Source of the DNA: Setoptus koraiensis
Taxonomy: Eukaryota; Animalia; Arthropoda
Assembly (NCBI GenBank): GCA_048013815.1
Contig: CM106585.1
Coordinates: 14,074,001 to 14,138,000 of the forward strand
DNA length: 64,000 bases
Reading direction: 5' to 3'
The position numbers and the translations under genes were made by a program. This document shows positions 56,249-64,000 of this stretch, in pieces (within the stretch, counting starts at the first letter, position 1; every line of letters starts with the position of its first letter). Below the pieces are notes generated by a model, which was not told where the DNA came from, did no database searches, and worked only from the letters and a program-made list of their open reading frames with translations.

Positions 56249-59200
56249 CTGCTGGCGACCATTGCATCTTGTTATGAGATGTTGTTAGTTTGTGTTGTGT
56301 GTTCTCATGCAATTATTTATTATTAGATCTGCACACATTTCGGCCTGCTCTGGCGAGAAGAGAGAAGAGGCATCATTAGCTCACTGCAGCGCATCCTTCT
56401 CGGCTAGTCAATTTGGGGCGCGCAATCACAAGATTACATCACTGACGATGCTTCCATTGCATAACAACAACAGCGACGACAACAACAACAACAAGTCACA
56501 GTGTACATCTAATGAAGCGACAAATCCCTGGCTCGCTTGCAACGCAACTGGCGCTTCAAACTGGACGCATGATAACAACAACAACAACAGCAAGATTAAT
56601 TGGTTGGCGGACGCCGCCGCCGCCGCCAAAACAACTATCCGCTGCTTCGTTGCAAGTTAATGCGGCCCGGATAATGCCAGCGAACTGTGTGTATGCAAGC
56701 GCAAGTTGTAAGCCCATGCGAAAGCCGACGGCTCATGGGCCCCGTCCACGTTGGCACCATTAGGCAAGGAATGCGCCAGCAATGCAAACATTGGCAACAT
56801 TTCTTCAACTGTCTATAGTTGGCATAACATTGACAGCTAACAAGTCGATGCAATGTAACCCCGCTGCTCGGCCCGCTGACCAATTGACCAGATCACTGCC
56901 GACTGGTCAATCCAACGACGACACAGCCGACGACACGGCCAACGACACAGCCAATGATATGGCCGATGGTGCGCCCGACGATATTGGCAATGATATGACA
57001 GCGGGCCAGACAAGTTGATTAGTGTTGCTGGTGGCGATGATTAATTTCATCATGAGAGCATCAGAGAGAAACAGAACGGCGAATAGCGAACAGTCTCCGC
57101 GGCTGGCTCACACAAGCTCAGCAAATTTGAGTTGGGCGAAACAAGCGGAACTAAGTCAACAACTTGGCTTAATTAACTTGTTATTATGTTTGTGGCCGAT
57201 GTTGGCACACAAAAATAATCGCTTGGGTGCCGCATGGTGCTCGCTGTTGTCATTTGTTCGTCTCGAGCAGCTCACCGGCTGACTTTTTGCTAAGCTCGCA
57301 AGCGCGAGGGAGCCCTCCCATGGTTCGGCGTGGCGCTTTAAGCCGGCCGAGCTGGCATCATTTGGCCAAAAGTAATGAGATTGCCTGCGATGGCCAACAG
57401 AATATTTGCCAACAGCTTGCTGGATATTATTAAATTCAATCTCTTGTTGCGATTGCGTCTTGTTCGTTTTGCGCTGCGTCGCGTCGTCGTAACCTGTTTA
57501 TTGGCGCTGTCGCTATAACTGTTGTTAAAAGTGTTGCCCAAATGGGCTAGACACAATCGGCGAGTCAGATCGCTCGGCCTGTCGGGCTAGCAACTCGCGA
57601 GCTGGCAACACTCAAGTGGCTCCAATGGCTCCAATGGCCGAAATGGCCGAAATGGCCGAAATGGCTCAAATTGGCAACTCTCGGTAGGGCGACTGCAAAA
57701 TGGGCATCGTGCGCTGGCGATTGTGCGATTGTGCGCCGGGCGAGCTGGCCACGGCCGCCAACAACAGGCCGGCCGGTTGATCCAGATTAACGATGCGACG
57801 ATTCAGTAATTCGCTCAGTCAATTAAGATTAACTAGCTGACATTTGAGCTCGGCCGTCTCGTCAATCATCGTCCATCAGTTGGCGACGATCGGCGGCCAC
57901 TTGTTGCTGTTGTCGCTGGTTGCTGTCGTTGTTCGAGAGTGCCGTCCGTTTGTCCGTTTGTCGGTTGCACTGTCTGTGTGTCGCCTATTCGCCTAGTCAC
58001 AAATTGTGAGCGTCACAATTGTTATTATTATCACTATTACATTATTCGCGCTTGTTAGCCGGCCCGGCCGACGGCAAGCCGGGCACCCTGACCAAAGGGC
58101 CGACTCACGAAACAATGCCGGCGTTGGCCACGTGAGACGGCGCCGGCCGCTCGGCTGCTATTTTTAATTTGATTTATGTCGACCAACCGCAAAAGGGACG
58201 CTATAAATCAGCCAGATAAAGAGGGGCTCGCTCAGGCCGATTCACATCGGACGGCCGCTTCGGTTTGAGCGATTCGCTCCGAGAGAAAAACACAAGCTAA
58301 AAAGTGTTTGCAATTCTCTCCGACTGACCGACTGTCCGGCTGTCCGGCTGTCATAAACTTAGTAAAGTTTGAATTCCTGCGCGTCATTGTTTTACCTCTT
58401 GTGCTTCTGTTCTTCTCGTCCTCTCCCCTAGCCTCGGCTCGGCCTCTCCGTCGGTCTCTCGCCTTGGTCGCCGTCGGGCCGGCCGACACCTCGGACATCG
58501 TTCGATGCGCACAAGCCGCATAATTGGCATTAATGTTGCCTTCTACGGTGCACTTGCCAACCACTGGCCAAGCTAAATTTAGCCATTACGTAATCCAACG
58601 AAATCATATTTATGTATCGTTTATCCTTGACTTGGCAGCTAAACTTGGCGTGTGAGTGCACAAACAATGGCCGCCGAGTCGCAGCTTGGCCACAGACGGA
58701 TTAGGCGCTGATTGAACGTCCGGCAACGACGTTCAGCTACATCTAAAGCAACAACATCGTTGCCAACAACATAATATAAAATATATAACCGACAACAAGC
58801 AGCGCCCCCTCGTTGCCGTGCTCGGCTGACACTTATCGGTGATCGGTGATTGGCCATCCATAATTAGCTCTGCTGCTCTCTATCAATCTGTGCCATGGAT
58901 TCTATGCTGGCCGCATTGGGCGGCTGCGATAGCTTGACCCTACAAATAATGTTGGTGTTGTTACTTTTTTCTTTATTTATTACTGGTTATTTTGTGTTTG
59001 CTCAGCATCCATGGAGCAGTGCATGTTGTCAGTTTTTCGGGTCTATTGAAACCGCTCACTTGTGAGATTAATAATGGTCGATCGCATGCTAGCCAGTCGC
59101 AAATCAACACCGGCCACTTGGCGCCCAGCAAACAAGACGCTCGCCCAAACTCGAGGTGGTCTCACCGGCAGCAACAACACCAACAGCAAAATCGACGACA

Positions 59201-61709
59201 GCAGCAACAACAACAGAACCGACGACAGCAACAACTGGTCGCCATTGAAGCGAGTCAATTGAAGCGAGCCTATGCAAACAAGTGCGAACTGTCGGAATGC
59301 AGCCAGTGGGCCGCGAAGCCGAGTTGCTGTTGGACCGGACTGCAACTCTCAGAGCTGGCCGCACTGGCCGGGCTTGTCGGACTTGTGCGACTGTCGGACA
59401 GACTGCAACTGGAAAGGAATGTTTGCCAGCGTTTGTGGCCGTCGTCGGTTCGTGACGACGAGACTCGGGCAAGAAATATGTCGGTCAACACAGCACAATT
59501 GTTTGCCAATGGGCCAATAAACAATGTTTGTCAACTATTTGTCACCGTGTCTCGCAAACAAGCGCCACCTGACGCCCATTTCAGGCTGTGTCCGCAAGGC
59601 GAATAGCGGCCCACAAATTGGCGCCAGTTGGCACTTACACCTCCAAATTGGAGGCTCCAATGCATCACGATAGATACGTGGATATATCAAACATGGATAT
59701 GTCATGACATAAATTCGTATAAACGTATATTCTTGTCTCGTCAAGCGGCAGTCAGTCAGTGGATTCAGTGAATACAGCGAATGACATGGTGAATTTGCAA
59801 ACCGAAACTGAAACTGATGCCAGCCGAGCATTGGTCATAGCCAGTTATATCGAGAGCACAACATCATTTGCATATTAACATATGTATGCTAATGCGCAAG
59901 TCGAGCGAGCGCTTGTTTTGGTCTTGGCGGCTTGGCGTTGTCCACTCTAACAATTGACCCTAGTGGCCAGTGTCAGTGCGACCGGGGCTAACAAGTGTCG
60001 GCGGGGCCATCGTTGTCGGTCATCTGCCAGATTCGATAATAATACTGTTAATATCATATCGAATGTCGGCCTGCATTGGTGTGACACTGCACGCAATGCA
60101 GCCACACAATAACGGTCAACGGGACAGGTTACACAACAGTTGACTATTAACCATACGCCAATACGTTAACAGGTGCACAAAGAGTATTTTACATTATTGC
60201 AATATTCACAACATTGTCAGTTGCGAAATTGAAATTTCTTGAGATTTTTACAGTTTTTTTCTTCGTGTTTCTTTGCGTTCAATTTGATATTGTGAGCGTT
60301 CGCTCGTTTGCTCTCTCACAATGTCAAATATGTAGTGTCTGTGGTCCAGTTGGGCGAGCGAACGGTAGCCGCCAGGTTAGCGGATTATTAATGTGTGTGA
60401 GTCATGGATGTGGCCAGTTTGTCCGACACCCAGTCCATTAATATCTAGACAAAATATCTGGTCTAAATATCAAGTTTGTATCTGATTTATGTGCGCTGGC
60501 GCCCTCTAGAGCGGCCCGTTATTCATTATGTTGTGTTCACACGTGGTTATTGTCCCAACGGACAGCTCCTTTCAAGACAGCGAGGGTCAAGCGATGCAAA
60601 GCGACAGTGTTTACATTATAATCTGACACACTATCTAATGGCCTGGCACACACATAATTTCATAATGATATTCATGATCTGTAATATTCTGACAATTTTG
60701 AGATCGATCGCCTGTCGGGCAGTCAGCGGGCTGTCAGTGAGCTTGTTTGGCCCTGTCGGACCTGTTTTGTTTGTCACGCAACAAGCCGATACAGGCCGAT
60801 GCAGGCTGATACAGGCTGACGTAATCCAGTCGGCCGGCCATGCACTGCAAATGGCTTGTATTTATGTGTGAATATAATCGTCTGGCAGAGGCGATAAAAG
60901 ACTCGATGGTGCGAGGCCTACGCACTTTCGACGGCGACACTAGCAATATCTGACAACGTTGTGAGTGTGGCAAAAACAAGAAAGAAAAAAACTAGACAGC
61001 CAAAACTTTGCATTGCTTGGTAAGTAGAATGCATTAGCCAGTGAGATAATAGTTGTTATGTATTGGCAACTGACAACTAATTGATTGTTTCCCATTTAAC
61101 CATTTGAGCCCCCGTGTTCGCTAATAGCCTTGCAGCGCATAATGTTCGCCATTCATCATTGCTGATTGTTCGCCCCCGACTGGCTGACATTTGATTACAG
61201 TGTTTAGCGATGTTGAATTGTCTCGCTCGTTTATTGCCCGCATGCCAGCACATAAATGCCAGTACATAAATGGGTAGACGGATAAATGGATAAATGGATA
61301 AATGGATGATGATATAAACAAAACAAGACAATGCTGACAAGTTGATCGTAGTGAGATCACAACAGCGACTTGCAGAGTTCACCCGACCCTGTATGCATAG
61401 GCCGTATATTGGGCTGCTATTGCCATTCGATGCATGATTTAATAGATGATATACAACAATAATAATGGCATAATCCGTGCCAATGAGCCATACACACACA
61501 ACTAATGCATACATAATCGCAAGCAATCAGAGCTTGCGTCTCTCCAGTTGCCGATGGTGCCGTTGGCATCATCACGAGGGGCCAAGATGGAGCCGATGCA
61601 AGCTGAGGCCTCGCTGCGAAACTTGTCGCCTAAGTTGTCGCCCGGCCTCTTATGTAAGTGATTGCTTTTTGTGGCCAATACTTGTTGTTGCGGTGTCTTG
61701 TTTGCTCGA

Positions 61710-61760
61710 CGACAACAACTCGCTAAAGATGCCGCTCGCATCTTTAGCGAGTTGTTGTCG
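61710..61760. other. Perfect 23-bp inverted repeat (hairpin, 5-nt loop)
   Basis: cgacaacaactcgctaaagatgc-cgctc-gcatctttagcgagttgttgtcg. Confidence 0.9.
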
Positions 61761-62221
61761 GCATGGTCGGCAAGATGGAATAAATGAGAAAAGTTGCAGC
61801 CGCAGCTAGTCAAACAATTTGGGCGTGAATGCCTCGGCACATAATGTGTCGGTTCAATTTGCAATTATGCGACCTCTCTATTATGCCATCATGACAGGGG
61901 TCGCATAGTTTTCATATTATACGCACTGTTACGTAACAACTCTTTGCCATTGTCGATCGGCATGCAACTTGTGATATTAAGGCGCGTCCAGCGCCAACAT
62001 ACAACATACAACACAAAACAAACAATGTTGTACTGTCGCAATATCATGGCCAATGTGAGCTTGGTGGGGCGCATAGGCGACTAGGCGTAGTCTTGCAATT
62101 GTTGTTGCGTATAAAATCGATACTTGATACTTGATACTTGTTACACTCGCCTCGAGACTTGCCTCGAAACTTGCCACTTGGGCGTCACTGGCCATTGTTT
62201 ATCGATGACCATCACGCCGGG

Positions 62222-62279
62222 CTGACAATGGAATTGACGCCGGCCAGCTCGCTGCAAACAGCGTCAATTCCATTGTCAG
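62222..62279. other. Perfect 19-bp inverted repeat (hairpin, 20-nt loop)
   Basis: ctgacaatggaattgacgc-N20-gcgtcaattccattgtcag. Confidence 0.9.
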
Positions 62280-64000
62280 ATTGCATGTTGTGATACGCTG
62301 ACGATTGCAATGCCACTGGCCAGCAATATTGAAATATTGCGATTTATCAATATATCGATATATCGATATATCGATGTTTCGATACCGATATCGATGGTTC
62401 GGGATGCCCGAAGAATGAGCCTGTCGGACTCCGACGCTCGGAGAGCCTTGCCGCAACCAGCTGATATTGCGGCCGACGAGAGGCATCAATATCGAGCGGT
62501 ATCGTGGCCACTTGAAGAGGGCAATATCGTGACCAATATTCACCTGTTATTATCGCCTCTTGTTTCGACTCTCGTTTCGACTGCCATTGCTGGCCGGTGC
62601 AAAATGCGAGCCGGCCCGACAAACAGCCATCAGCTGCATGCAATCGATACAGCCCGCCGTTTTGATTGGCTTTTCGCGCTCGCTCTTGAAGAGTCCTTAT
62701 GCCCGTCTAGCCCGGCCGCCCGACCCGCTACCCGATAGACGATTTCGCAAACGAGCCCGCAACAGGAAGAACACATAAATGCAATAATCGATTGGTTCGG
62801 CGTTCGCGCTCGAACACACTCCAATGGCATGATCAACTAATGAATTTCGTCCAATGTGATCTTGTTTTTGGTGAGAATTACTTTCGTTGTGGCGCTACTT
62901 TCGCTATTCACTATTCAAGCAATTAGTTGCAATGTGTTAGCCAACAACGAAAAGAGTGCTCAACAGCAAACACGACAATCCCAGCAACGAAATCTTTATC
63001 TGCCTGCCATGTATAACTTACTTCTCTAACGACCACTCACTTGTGAATCATCTGCCCATTCCGCCATAGGATCATTAACAGTAGAAACAATCCATCAAGT
63101 GGCGCCATCTAGTCCAGCCAGTTGTTCGAAGCGAACAGGTAAACCGTTAGCGTAACATCTCAAACTCAAACGCAAACCAATAATATATCAAATTGGAAAT
63201 CTAGTCCATTCGTCCAGTTCAGTAGTGGGCCTGCCAATCACTTGCCAGTGGCCACCATTAGATCCGAGCCCGAATCCAATGCCATGCTGTATGCATGTGT
63301 CAACTGACAACCGTTGTGAGAGCTACTTCCACTTATAACTTTTAAAGAATATTTACAGAGAGTAACTAATTTAAATTCATCAATCTAAGTCAACCACTGG
63401 CAACAACCAGATTCGCTTGCAATGTATCAATCACTGGCCAGTCATCACGCCGGAGCAAATGAAGTTGATTAGCCTAAATTGATGACGCCACTAATACAGT
63501 ATTAATATAGTGTGTGTGTGTGTCCTCTACGTAATAGTCGTTATTACACTAAAACAAATGTAAGAGAAAGTTTTAATGGATGACTAGCTTGATCAGCTGC
63601 AAGAAGTAATAAAATCGACAAGTTCATTTCGATTCATTTGGCTCGATCAAGATTGCATCGATCGCCCGAACGCATCGAATTGATTGCATCACTAGCCGCA
63701 ACATGCCAAGTTCATTTCAAGTTGAGCCAGCTTGTTCTTTTTGTCACCTATTGCAAGGGCAATCTAGTTTTGTCTAGATCTTTGTTGCAATACGAACGTT
63801 GTTTATTTTGTTCATTCTACTGTGATGATAAATTTCCACATAAATAGACGCCAATAATTAATAATAGTAATAATGATGGCGACCACCATTCGCGACCACT
63901 ATATCGAGATCAGATTTAGTTCAATCTGGCTCAATTTGATTCATCTTACTTGTTAGAAATCTTACTATTTCTGCTCTAGCTGCACCCATTTGTAGCATGC

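Noticed and set aside
58992-59606. 204-aa Q-rich ORF
   Set aside because: TTG start, openness explained by CAA/CAG microsatellite, overlapping antisense ORFs, no recognisable domain.

Overview
Compact eukaryotic (arthropod-like) genomic window with GT-AG introns of about 100-200 nt and many intronless housekeeping genes. An eriophyoid-mite-type genome is my inference, not something the sequence proves. A gene-dense core (5.4-48.4 kb) encodes a CUB+LDLa membrane protein, glutamine synthetase, mRpL19, MUS81, cathepsin D, an 8-exon tolloid/BMP1, an aldo-keto reductase, a DnaJ protein, LMBRD1, a chimeric LMBRD1-PPCS gene, VIP36-like lectin, OCIAD1/asrij and an EB-module membrane protein. Gene-poor, microsatellite-rich stretches lie at 1-5.4, 27.6-31.2 and 48.4-64 kb. 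The 500 N + 4.7 kb poly-C block at 12.2-17.3 kb and the duplicated MUS81 5' end are almost certainly an assembly artefact. The best candidate for new biology is an inverted duplication of the LMBRD1 promoter and first five TM helices fused in frame to phosphopantothenate-cysteine ligase (PPCS), predicting a membrane-anchored CoA-synthesis enzyme. Second is a tolloid with only a ~20-aa propeptide but a 134-aa insertion in the catalytic domain containing a prodomain-like GDI...RxxR arrangement. Several perfect hairpins are candidate small-RNA precursors.
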